Shown: one piece after another, positions 1-8,734 of the stretch
Position numbering within the stretch: the first letter of the stretch is position 1
Layout: every line of letters starts with the position of its first letter
Origin: Bacteroidaceae bacterium
GTDB lineage: Bacteria; Bacteroidota; Bacteroidia; Bacteroidales; Bacteroidaceae
Assembly: GCA_045591315.1 (NCBI GenBank)
Contig: JAZNSN010000026.1
Span: 48,170-112,169 of the forward strand
Direction: 5' to 3'
DNA length: 64,000 bases
Position numbers and translations under genes: made by a program
The notes under the pieces: generated by a model
Told to the model about the DNA's origin: nothing
What the model saw: the letters and a program-made list of their open reading frames with translations, nothing else
Databases searched by the model: none

Positions 1-1032
1 TGGGAGACAACTGCCCGTTTTAACGTCGGCTTTGATGCTACTCTGTTCGATAATCGCATTACTGTATCGTTTGACTGGTACAAGTCCAAGACAAGTGATC
101 TGCTTGTACAGAAGCGTCATAAGTTCATCACCGGTATGGACCGCTATTGGACAAACGGCGGTGAACTTGAGAATACCGGTTTTGAGGCTTCTATGAATAT
201 AAAGCTTATCGCAAAGAAGAACCTGCAGTGGGAACTCGGTGCATCTTTAGGCCATTACAAGAATAAGATAACCTCTCTTGACGAGAAGATAGATCCGACA
301 GCTGTATATGGCGGTGAAGTTGCAACAATGGAGGGTCATCCTGTAGGTGTGTTCTGGGGATATAAGACCGACGGTGTTATATCAAGCACTGAAGATGCCG
401 ATGCATATGACCTCTTCCAGCGTGACGCGACAGGCAAGAAGGTTCCGTTTAATGCCGGTGATGTCAAGTTTGTTGACGTGAACCCTGGAAAAGACCCTGG
501 CTGCATTGACGAGAACGACAAGACTGTCATAGGTGACCCGAATCCCGATTTCTACGGTAATGTATTTACACGTCTGTCGTACAAGAGAGTGCAGCTTGAT
601 GTGCTTTGCAACTATTCAGTAGGCAATGATGTATATAACTACTATCGCCAGCAGCTGGAGAGTGGCTCAAACTTCTTCAACCAGACTGTTGCTATGGCTA
701 ACCGTTGGACAATAGACGGCCAGAAGACTGACATGCCTGCTGTCGCTTTTGGAGACCCGATGGGCAATTCACGTTTCTCAGACCGTTGGATTGAGGACGG
801 CTCTTACTTCAGAATAAAGTCAATAAAGCTGTCTTATAATGTTCCTTTGAATTTCAGCTGGCTGCAGGGGCTTACTGTATGGTGTGCAGCTGAGAATGTA
901 TATACATTCACTAAGTACAAGGGAATGGACCCGGAATTCTCTGTAAGCAACAATGTTATGTATCAGGGTGTTGATGTAGGTCTGTTGCCTCAGTCACGCA
1001 GTTTCCATCTTGGTGTTAAGGTTAATCTCTAA
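1..1032 (+). CDS. SusC/RagA-type TonB-dependent outer-membrane receptor, C-terminal part (5' end outside the window)
   Basis: Frame 1 is open from base 1 (WETTARFNVGFDATLFDNRITVSFDWYKSK...). The sequence has beta-barrel character and ends ...SRSFHLGVKVNL. A SusD-like lipoprotein gene follows 58 nt downstream. Confidence 0.85.
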   Translation, partial: WETTARFNVGFDATLFDNRITVSFDWYKSKTSDLLVQKRHKFITGMDRYWTNGGELENTGFEASMNIKLIAKKNLQWELGASLGHYKNKITSLDEKIDPTAVYGGEVATMEGHPVGVFWGYKTDGVISSTEDADAYDLFQRDATGKKVPFNAGDVKFVDVNPGKDPGCIDENDKTVIGDPNPDFYGNVFTRLSYKRVQLDVLCNYSVGNDVYNYYRQQLESGSNFFNQTVAMANRWTIDGQKTDMPAVAFGDPMGNSRFSDRWIEDGSYFRIKSIKLSYNVPLNFSWLQGLTVWCAAENVYTFTKYKGMDPEFSVSNNVMYQGVDVGLLPQSRSFHLGVKVNL

Positions 1033-1090
1033 TGAACGAATGCTCTCCGGCGTCTCATGAGACGCCGGAGGGAACAAACAATATAAAAAC

Positions 1091-3190
1091 ATGAAAAAGA
1101 ATTTTATTTATACAATGGCATTCCTGCTTTGCGGTGTTCTTTCTTTCAGTTCATGTGAAGATATGCTGAATGTCGAGTCGGACCGCGTTGAATACGAGTT
1201 CGATGATTGGACCTTTAATGACTCGGTATATTCTGTTCTGGGTATCCTGAAGTCAGTCCAGAAGGTCGGAGACCGTCAGGTACTCCTGAATGAGCTCCGC
1301 GCCGATCTTGTTTCTCCAAATTACGAAAAGGCTGTTGTTGATATTCAGCAGTTGTGTGAACACATATATAAGCCGGAGACAAACAAGTATCTCGACGTAA
1401 AGGACTATTATGCTATAATCAACAACTGTAACATATATCTTGCACGTGTCGATACTGCTCTTGAGAAGAACAACATAAAGCTGATGATGAATGAGTATGT
1501 TGCTGTTAAGAGCATACGTGCGTGGACATATCTGCAGCTTGCGATAAATCATGGCAATGTTCCGTACTTTACAGAGCCTGTTCTTACCCATAGCGAGGCA
1601 GAGGAGGTGATGAGGAAGCCTGCGCTCAGTCGTGAGCAGCTGATGACTAAGCTCATCAATGATATAATGCCTTACGAAAACCCAGCAGCATTCCCAATGC
1701 CGAACTGGCATAAGGACGGTCCGAACGGCAAAGTAATCACTTTCGGATACAGTGAGAACGCAAATGAGATTGCCGTCCTTACAAGAAAACTGTTTGTTCC
1801 TATCCGTATGCTGCTCGGTGAACTGTATCTCTGGCGCGGTGCAGCCGGTGACTACAAGAAAGCTGCTGAATGTTTCTATAACCAGATTACCGGTGCCGGA
1901 ACAAATGAAACAGCTCCGAAGTATGCCGACCGTGCTTTCTATCTGGATTATGCTGTTAAGGGTGGCAAGATTATCTTTGATAACTACTCACAGCGCTTCT
2001 CATATCAAGATTTTGACAAATACAGCGACAATAGTGTTCTGACTCTTATACCTTATACATACAGCAACCTTAGGGGTGAGACATCCGGCCTTGCCGATAT
2101 ATTCTGCCATCCATCAGATATAGGTGCTGCACAGGTGACCGTTTCTCCTGCCATGCTTTCTTTGTCACGCCGTCAGGTTTTCCGTTATTACCAGGGTGCA
2201 GACCCGGAGAAGCCGGAGCTTGTTGAGTACAGTACCAACTATGAGTATCCGGGTGACCTGCGTATAAAGGCGACAAGCTTTTCACAGCAAGGCGGTAACG
2301 ATGATGGCGAGACAATGTACCCTAATATCATAGCCAAGTTCAATATGGAGCACCATGGCTGGGGGGCGATCAACTCCATACATAGAGGTGTTCCTAATGT
2401 CGTTACGGGCTGTATCACACTATTGCGTCCGGAGCATGCATACCTGCGTTTGGCTGAGGCTCTTGTAGGTATGGCACGCCAAGGTTACGATGGTGCTATG
2501 GAGCTTGCAATGGAAATTTTGAAGGTCGGTGTCAAGGATAACTATTCTGTTATCAAGAACCCGGTATTTGCAGAGCGTCACAAGATCAATGCCAAAGGTG
2601 ATACTATAAAGAAGTATGAAATAGATAAGGTAACCAAGGATACATTGGGCTTCACATATGTTATGGAAACATATCTCGCATCGTATGATGATTCTTTGGG
2701 CTATGATTTCACAGCCAAGGCATTCGAGAACAACAAGGGTATCCACTCCCGCGGTTCCGGTGACAGTGAGCGCAACATCTATTATGCTCTGAATGATACT
2801 TGTATTGCACGTTATATCGGCAAGCTGGAGAAACAGGGAGATATAGAGGTCCTTACCGGTACAATTACAAAGGAGGATTCACTCAATTATGTGGCCGATC
2901 TTGTCATAGACGAACTTGCTCTTGAGTTTTCATGGGAAGGTACACGATTCGGTGATCTTATGCGTTTCGCGAGAGCTATGGGCGACAATGAGGTAATAGC
3001 AAAGCGTATAGCAGGCCGTGACCATGTAAATGAGGTTTCATATCGTCATCCGGAGTATGCGATGGAGCCAGCTCTCTATAATAAGTTTATGGACGAGTCG
3101 AACTGGTATCTGCCGCTCCCTGATGATATTGTTGAACCGACAGATCCGGATAAGCTTCCTACAGAAGGACTGACATCTGAAAAGAAATGA
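1091..3190 (+). CDS. SusD/RagB-family nutrient-binding outer-membrane lipoprotein (699 aa)
   Basis: It has a lipobox signal peptide (MKKNFIYTMAFLLCGVLSFSSC) and lies immediately downstream of a SusC-type gene. Its composition is TPR-like and helical, and the motif WEGTRFGDLMRF is typical of SusD-like C-termini. Confidence 0.8.
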   Translation: MKKNFIYTMAFLLCGVLSFSSCEDMLNVESDRVEYEFDDWTFNDSVYSVLGILKSVQKVGDRQVLLNELRADLVSPNYEKAVVDIQQLCEHIYKPETNKYLDVKDYYAIINNCNIYLARVDTALEKNNIKLMMNEYVAVKSIRAWTYLQLAINHGNVPYFTEPVLTHSEAEEVMRKPALSREQLMTKLINDIMPYENPAAFPMPNWHKDGPNGKVITFGYSENANEIAVLTRKLFVPIRMLLGELYLWRGAAGDYKKAAECFYNQITGAGTNETAPKYADRAFYLDYAVKGGKIIFDNYSQRFSYQDFDKYSDNSVLTLIPYTYSNLRGETSGLADIFCHPSDIGAAQVTVSPAMLSLSRRQVFRYYQGADPEKPELVEYSTNYEYPGDLRIKATSFSQQGGNDDGETMYPNIIAKFNMEHHGWGAINSIHRGVPNVVTGCITLLRPEHAYLRLAEALVGMARQGYDGAMELAMEILKVGVKDNYSVIKNPVFAERHKINAKGDTIKKYEIDKVTKDTLGFTYVMETYLASYDDSLGYDFTAKAFENNKGIHSRGSGDSERNIYYALNDTCIARYIGKLEKQGDIEVLTGTITKEDSLNYVADLVIDELALEFSWEGTRFGDLMRFARAMGDNEVIAKRIAGRDHVNEVSYRHPEYAMEPALYNKFMDESNWYLPLPDDIVEPTDPDKLPTEGLTSEKK

Positions 3191-3200
3191 AATAATCCAT

Positions 3201-3232
3201 AAAAAAGATTGGGACTGCTCCCAATCTTTTTT
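3201..3232 (+). terminator. Intrinsic terminator after the SusD-like gene
   Basis: A 14-bp perfect stem (aaaaaagattggga / tcccaatctttttt) with loop ctgc is followed by a T-run. Confidence 0.75.
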
Positions 3233-3243
3233 ATTTTTACGGC

Positions 3244-3951
3244 ATGAAAAGAATTGTGGTTTTGACAGGCGCAGGAATGAGCGTCGAGAGTGGGTTAAGT
3301 ACCTTCAGAGGCGGTAACGGCCTATGGGATGAATATCCGGTAGAGGCAGTTGCGACTCCGGAGGGCTATAGGGCTAATCCGGCATTGGTACTTGAGTTCT
3401 ATAATAGAAGAAGGACTGAACTGTCCGGCATAGAACCTAATACAGGACATAAACTTGTAGCTGCCCTGGAGAGCAAGTATGACGTAACGGTTGTGACACA
3501 GAATGTCGATGACCTTCATGAGCGTGCCGGCTCGACAAAGGTCATTCATCTGCATGGTGAACTGATGAAGGCGTGCTCGTCGCGTGAACCTGATAATCCT
3601 GATTATGTAAGGCGTTTCTCTTCCCCTCTCGACGAGATAAGGATTGGCGACCTTGCTGCTGACGGTTCCCAGTTACGCCCCTTTATCGTGTGGTTCGGCG
3701 AAGCTGTTCCCCTTATGAGTGAGGCAATAGCCTCTTTGCGTGACGTAGATGCCTTTGTCATAATAGGAACCTCTTTGAATGTATATCCTGCTGCCGGATT
3801 GTTGAACTACGTACCATGTGGAGTGCCGGTATATCTCATAGACCCGAATGATGTCGCTGTCAATGGCGTACGGGATTTTGTCCACATACGTAAGGGTGCA
3901 TCAGAGGGCATGCGGTACCTTATAGACAACTATCTTAGTGCTGAAAAATAG
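3244..3951 (+). CDS. cobB: NAD-dependent protein deacylase, Sir2 family
   Basis: The motifs GAGMSVESGLSTFRG and QNVDDLHERAG are present, and the 235-aa size is typical. Confidence 0.85.
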   Translation: MKRIVVLTGAGMSVESGLSTFRGGNGLWDEYPVEAVATPEGYRANPALVLEFYNRRRTELSGIEPNTGHKLVAALESKYDVTVVTQNVDDLHERAGSTKVIHLHGELMKACSSREPDNPDYVRRFSSPLDEIRIGDLAADGSQLRPFIVWFGEAVPLMSEAIASLRDVDAFVIIGTSLNVYPAAGLLNYVPCGVPVYLIDPNDVAVNGVRDFVHIRKGASEGMRYLIDNYLSAEK

Positions 3952-4005
3952 AAACCGGTTTGTAAAAATTAACATATATATTTTTTCTGTAGGACTCAAT
4001 GTCGC

Positions 4006-4013
4006 TATATTTG
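4006..4013 (+). promoter_or_regulatory. Bacteroides-type -7 box (TATATTTG) upstream of rubredoxin
   Basis: This is an exact TAnnTTTG match in an AT-rich intergenic region, 89 nt before the ATG at 4102. Confidence 0.4.
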
Positions 4014-4101
4014 CTGTACAAGATACATAAAGGAGTGTTCGTCTAGGATTTTTTAGTGAACAACCTTTTGTCACAAGTGTTAACTATTAAAACGAGCAAT
4101 T

Positions 4102-4266
4102 ATGAAAAAGTATATTTGTACAGTATGTCAGTGGGTCTATGACCCGGAAATCGGTGATCCTGAGCAGGGTATTGAACCAGGGACTCCTTTTGAGTCGCTT
4201 CCCGAAGACTACGTTTGTCCTTTGTGCGGAGTTGGCAAGGATGAATTCGAGGAAGATAATGAATGA
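4102..4266 (+). CDS. Rubredoxin (54 aa)
   Basis: My own translation gives [54 protein letters not shown]. It contains two CxxC iron-binding knuckles (CTVC, CPLC) and the motif YVCPLCG. The gene is below the 60-aa cutoff of the supplied ORF track. Confidence 0.9.
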   Translation: MKKYICTVCQWVYDPEIGDPEQGIEPGTPFESLPEDYVCPLCGVGKDEFEEDNE

Positions 4267-4281
4267 ACCGCTCATTAGTAT

Positions 4282-4314
4282 AAACCGAAGCCAGGCATTG
4301 CCTGGCTTCGGTTT
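4282..4314. terminator. Bidirectional terminator between rubredoxin (+) and ygiQ (-)
   Basis: A 15-bp perfect stem (aaaccgaagccaggc / gcctggcttcggttt) with loop att has A/T runs on both sides. Confidence 0.75.
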
Positions 4315-4337
4315 ATTAGTGTCTCAGTCTCTTGTCC

Positions 4338-6194
4338 TTATATGCCTAGTTTCCTTATAAGGTCCGTACGCTTCATCTGTCGCAGTTGTTGGACAATCTG
4401 TTTCCTTTCCTCAGGCTTGTACCAAAAGAAGAAACGGCGTTGTGCCTCTTTCTCCCTCATGCTCCGTGCTGCATATATCTCCTCTCCTGTTTCGGGATTT
4501 ATGCCTGTATAGTACATCTCTGTAGCCATTGTCATAGGGGTAGGGGTGAAATCCTGTACCTGTTCGAGGTGAAAGTTCAGCTGTTTGGTCTCTGCAGCCA
4601 GTTCTGCCATGTTTTCCAATGTACTGCCGGGGTGGCTGCTTATGAAGTATGGTATAATCTGCTGTTTCAATCCCTCCCTGCTGTTTATTCTGTCGAATAT
4701 GCGCTTGAAGTCGTGGAACTGCCTGAACGGGGGCTTGCGCATCAGCCTGAGCACATTGTCGCATGTGTGCTCTGGAGCAACTTTCAGGCGTCCGCTGACA
4801 TGTTTTGTTATTAGCTCCTCAATGTATCTGTCAGCAGCGTCATCGAGCCTCTTGTCACCGCTTCTATGCAGCAGCATGTCATAACGCACTCCGCTTCCTA
4901 TAAAACTCTTCTTTATGCATGGGAGTGAATCCACTTTTCTGTACAGCTCCAGCAACGGCGTGTGGTCGATGTTCATGTTGGGGCATATCTTAGGCTGTAT
5001 GCATGACGGGCGTGAACATTTCTCGCACAATTCACTCTTGCGGCCTTTCATCATATACATGTTTGCCGACGGGCCTCCCAGATCCGAAAGGTAGCCTTTG
5101 AAGTCGTCCATTCCGGCAATTTCCTTCACTTCACGGAGAATACTCTTCTCACTGCGGTTTACAATGAACTTGCCCTGGTGGGCCGATATTGTGCAGAATG
5201 CACAGCCTCCGAAGCATCCGCGGTGAATGTTGACAGAGTGCTTTATCATGTCGTATGCAGGAATGCGCTTGCCGTTGTACTTAGGGTGTGGCAGCCTGGT
5301 GTATGGCAGGTCAAAGCTGCGGTCAAGCTGTTCGGTGCTCATTGTAGGGAATGGCGGGTTGATGATGATATCGACATCTCCGTTTTCCTGTATCAGTCTT
5401 TTGGCATTTACCCTATTGGACTCTTTTTCTATGGCAAGGAAGTTCGCTGCTTGTTTCTTCTTGCTTTCAAGACATTCGGAGTGGCTGGCAAGAACCTTGT
5501 CTTTCTCCTCATCTATACTTGCTTCGTGCTTCGGTGCAATGTATCCGGTCTGTCTTGTCGTTTTGGCAATTTCCCTAGCCTCTTCTGCCGTTATGTACTT
5601 GTCGCTGTTGCCTTCAAGCATTTCAAGCATGGAGTGTGCCAGTGCAGTTATCGGCTGCTCGCCCATGCCATATACAAGCACATCGGCCTTGCTGTCAACA
5701 AGAATACTGTTCATCAGCTTGTCCTGCCAGTAGTCGTAGTGTGTGAAACGACGCATTGATGCTTCTATTCCTCCAATTACAATTGCGGAGTCCGGGTAAA
5801 GCTCGCGGAGTATCTTCGAATATACGACTGTCGCATATTCGGGTCTCATGCTGTGCTTGCCGTTAGGCGAATATGCGTCTTCGCTACGGAATCTCTTTGC
5901 GGCTGTGTATTTGTTGACCATAGAGTCCATGCAACCGGCTGATATGCCGAAGAAGAGCCTGGGACGTCCCATCTTCTTGAAGTCGCGCAAGTCGTCCTGC
6001 CAGTTAGGTTGCGGAACAATCGCAACACGCAAGCCCTCGGCCTCAAGCAGGCGCCCTATTACGGCAGCACCGAATGAGGGGTGGTCAACATAGGCATCAC
6101 CACTGAAAATGATGACGTCCATTTGCTCCCAGCCGCGCAGTTCCGCCTCCTTACGTGTTGTCGGGAGCCAATCGGTTACCTTTCTTTTATACAT
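4338..6194 (-). CDS. ygiQ: YgiQ-family radical SAM protein (UPF0313)
   Basis: It has the CxxxCxxC cluster motif RGCFGGCAFC and an N-terminus (LPTTRKEAELRGWEQMDVIIFSGDAYVDHPSFG) characteristic of YgiQ. Length is 618 aa. Confidence 0.85.
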   Translation of the reverse strand: MYKRKVTDWLPTTRKEAELRGWEQMDVIIFSGDAYVDHPSFGAAVIGRLLEAEGLRVAIVPQPNWQDDLRDFKKMGRPRLFFGISAGCMDSMVNKYTAAKRFRSEDAYSPNGKHSMRPEYATVVYSKILRELYPDSAIVIGGIEASMRRFTHYDYWQDKLMNSILVDSKADVLVYGMGEQPITALAHSMLEMLEGNSDKYITAEEAREIAKTTRQTGYIAPKHEASIDEEKDKVLASHSECLESKKKQAANFLAIEKESNRVNAKRLIQENGDVDIIINPPFPTMSTEQLDRSFDLPYTRLPHPKYNGKRIPAYDMIKHSVNIHRGCFGGCAFCTISAHQGKFIVNRSEKSILREVKEIAGMDDFKGYLSDLGGPSANMYMMKGRKSELCEKCSRPSCIQPKICPNMNIDHTPLLELYRKVDSLPCIKKSFIGSGVRYDMLLHRSGDKRLDDAADRYIEELITKHVSGRLKVAPEHTCDNVLRLMRKPPFRQFHDFKRIFDRINSREGLKQQIIPYFISSHPGSTLENMAELAAETKQLNFHLEQVQDFTPTPMTMATEMYYTGINPETGEEIYAARSMREKEAQRRFFFWYKPEERKQIVQQLRQMKRTDLIRKLGI

Positions 6195-6510
6195 TCTCCT
6201 TCTCTTCTGTTTCTGTCGTAGCCTGCTTTCTCAGCCATTCGGTGTAGAGCTGTACAAGATTGTTCAGCCCATGTGCCTTCATGTCCTCATGATAAAGTAC
6301 CAGACAAAGCTCAAGCAGATCTTTCGATGCCATTGTCTGCGTTGCTATCAATGAACGCACGGTAAGACGTAGCTTGTTCAGGGAGTCCTCGTCAATGATT
6401 CCCATGCTGTTGGCAATTCTGTCAAGAAGTGAATACTTCTTTATTATCTGCAGCTGTACCTCATTGACTTCTATTGTTCTTGTACCCGATGCGTTTGCTT
6501 TTATTTTCAT
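6187..6510 (-). CDS. Hypothetical helical protein (107 aa)
   Basis: This ORF is co-directional with tsaE and ygiQ, and its stop overlaps the ygiQ start by 8 nt. I recognise no motif in it. Confidence 0.5.
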   Translation of the reverse strand: MKIKANASGTRTIEVNEVQLQIIKKYSLLDRIANSMGIIDEDSLNKLRLTVRSLIATQTMASKDLLELCLVLYHEDMKAHGLNNLVQLYTEWLRKQATTETEEKENV

Positions 6511-6545
6511 ATCTATATTGCTTATATATTCCTGTTTGTGTTAAA

Positions 6546-6974
6546 TTACTCTTCTACAATCCTGATAGTGCGCGAGCTGTCTCCGTTCTCTTCTATATAT
6601 ACCTTGATGCAATCGTCCGGAAGAAGTTCCTCTATAAGTTCCGGCCACTCCATGAAGCAGATTGCATTGCTGTATATATACTCCTCATATCCCATGTTAT
6701 AGACCTCTGCAACTGATTTTATGCGGTAGAAGTCGAAATGGTATATCGTTCTTCTCTCCCTGTCCTCGTATTCGTTTACTATTGCAAATGTAGGGGAGTT
6801 TATGCAGTCCTCAACACCCAAGGCCTCGCATATGTGCCTGATGAACGTCGTCTTGCCGCTTCCCATCTTTCCATAGAAAGCAAAGAGATTCCCCGATTCA
6901 ATGAACCGGATAAACTCTTGTGCCGCTTTCGGGTATTCTTCTATTCCTCTTACGGTTATTGTATGCTCTTTCAT
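6546..6974 (-). CDS. tsaE: tRNA t6A37 biosynthesis ATPase TsaE
   Basis: It has the P-loop GKMGSGKTTF, a 142-aa size, and the SPTFAIVNEY motif typical of TsaE/YjeE. Confidence 0.85.
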   Translation of the reverse strand: MKEHTITVRGIEEYPKAAQEFIRFIESGNLFAFYGKMGSGKTTFIRHICEALGVEDCINSPTFAIVNEYEDRERRTIYHFDFYRIKSVAEVYNMGYEEYIYSNAICFMEWPELIEELLPDDCIKVYIEENGDSSRTIRIVEE

Positions 6975-7007
6975 CTCGTTTGTCCTGTGTTATGTCTATG
7001 GAGTATT

Positions 7008-8561
7008 CTAAATCTTCTTCTTTGGTCTTAGCTTGATGATAGGCACAAGCATCTCTTCCATTGATATGCCTCCATGCTGGAATGTATCCTTGTAGTACGA
7101 TACATAGTAGTTGTAATTGTTCGGGTAGGCAAAGAAGTTGTCTCCCGTTGCAAATATGTAACTGGTACTGATGTTCGGTGACGGCAAGAAAGCTTTTGCC
7201 GGTTCCTTGATTTCAAGAACATCCTTTCCGCTATAATTGAGTGCCTTGCCTAATTTGTAGCGAAGGTTTGTGTTGGTGTTCTTGTCACCGATTACTTTTG
7301 TCGGCGTATTTACCTGTATGCTGCCATGGTCGGTTGTTATGACTGTCGTATAATTGCTCTCGGACAAGTATTCAAAAAGTTTTTTTATTGCAGAGTGCCT
7401 TATCCACGACAATGTAATCGAACGGTATGCCGCCTCATTTGCTGCAAGTTCCCTTACCATCATCGATTCAGTGCGGGCGTGCGACAGCATGTCTATGAAG
7501 TTTATCACAAGTACATTTATATCGTTCTTTGCAAGGTTATTCATGGTGTCGATATATTTCTCGGCAGCTGTTGAGGTAAGCACCTTGCCATAAGAGAAAC
7601 TGTCCTTGCGACGGTATCGTGAAATCTGTGTCTCTATAAGAGCCTCTTCATTAAGATTCTTGCCCTCGTCTTCTTCCTCGTCAACCCACAGCTTTGGATA
7701 CATTTCCTTTATCTGTTTAGGCATAAGGCCCGAAAATATCGCATTGCGGGCATACTGGGTTGCAGTGGGAAGAATGCTGGTGTACATGTTCTCCTCTATT
7801 GAGAACTTATTCCCGATTTCATCGGCCAGGACACGCCACTGGTCGTAGCGGAAGTTGTCGATGATTATCAGGAATACCTTTTCTCCCTTGTCAACAAGAG
7901 GGAAAATGTGTTCGCGGAACAGGTCGTTGCTCATCACCGGACGCTTTTCACGTGGTGATGACATCCACTCCATGTAGTTCTTCTTCACGAACCTGCCGAA
8001 CATGTTGTTTGCTTCCTCTTTCTGCGACTTCAACATCTCATGCATCTGGGTGTCTGCACTTTCCAGCTGCAGCTCCCAATATACGATTTTTCTGTAAACC
8101 TCCTGCCATTCCTCAATGCTGCGTGCATCGTCTATCTGCATAGAGAGCTTTCCGAAATTCTGTTGGTATGCACTGTTTGCTTTCTCAGCAACAATCTCCT
8201 TGTGGTGTATGTTCTTCTTGAGCGTGAGGAGTATCTGGTTCGGGTTCACCGGCTTTATAAGGTAATCGGCAATCTTGGAACCGATGGCCTGTTCCATAAT
8301 ATCCTCCTCCTCACTCTTGGTAACCATTACAACCGGAGTGGAGGGCTGTATCTCCTTTATACCTGCAAGTGCTTCAAGTCCTGTAAGACCCGGCATATTC
8401 TCGTCAAGCAGTACAAGGTCGAAATGCTCCTTGCGGCATGCTTCTATAGCATCGTGCCCATTGGTCACTTTTGTGACTTCATATCCTTTATTCTGCAGAA
8501 ATATTATATGGGCATTGAGCAACTCAATCTCGTCATCGGCCCATAACAAACGGTATGCCAT
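7008..8561 (-). CDS. porX: PorX-type response regulator (CheY receiver + PglZ/alkaline-phosphatase-like domain)
   Basis: The receiver domain reads LLWADDEIELL...LVLLDENMPGLTGLE...KSEEEDIMEQAIGSKIADYLIKPVNPNQILL. The C-terminus carries PglZ motifs (IDNFRYDQW, TDHG). Length is 517 aa. Confidence 0.8.
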   Translation of the reverse strand: MAYRLLWADDEIELLNAHIIFLQNKGYEVTKVTNGHDAIEACRKEHFDLVLLDENMPGLTGLEALAGIKEIQPSTPVVMVTKSEEEDIMEQAIGSKIADYLIKPVNPNQILLTLKKNIHHKEIVAEKANSAYQQNFGKLSMQIDDARSIEEWQEVYRKIVYWELQLESADTQMHEMLKSQKEEANNMFGRFVKKNYMEWMSSPREKRPVMSNDLFREHIFPLVDKGEKVFLIIIDNFRYDQWRVLADEIGNKFSIEENMYTSILPTATQYARNAIFSGLMPKQIKEMYPKLWVDEEEDEGKNLNEEALIETQISRYRRKDSFSYGKVLTSTAAEKYIDTMNNLAKNDINVLVINFIDMLSHARTESMMVRELAANEAAYRSITLSWIRHSAIKKLFEYLSESNYTTVITTDHGSIQVNTPTKVIGDKNTNTNLRYKLGKALNYSGKDVLEIKEPAKAFLPSPNISTSYIFATGDNFFAYPNNYNYYVSYYKDTFQHGGISMEEMLVPIIKLRPKKKI

Positions 8562-8734
8562 ATATCAGAAGCTGTTTAAATTACTAAAATATTATCTTCT
8601 GGAAGCCGTATCTTTTGTTTCACCTTTTTATATTGTTTCTTCCTCTTTGGCGATTACATAGCCAGCTATGCGTCCTTAAAAGACAGAAATTCTATTCTGA
8701 TTATAAAAACGGTGATATAAATGTAAGCAGCTTC

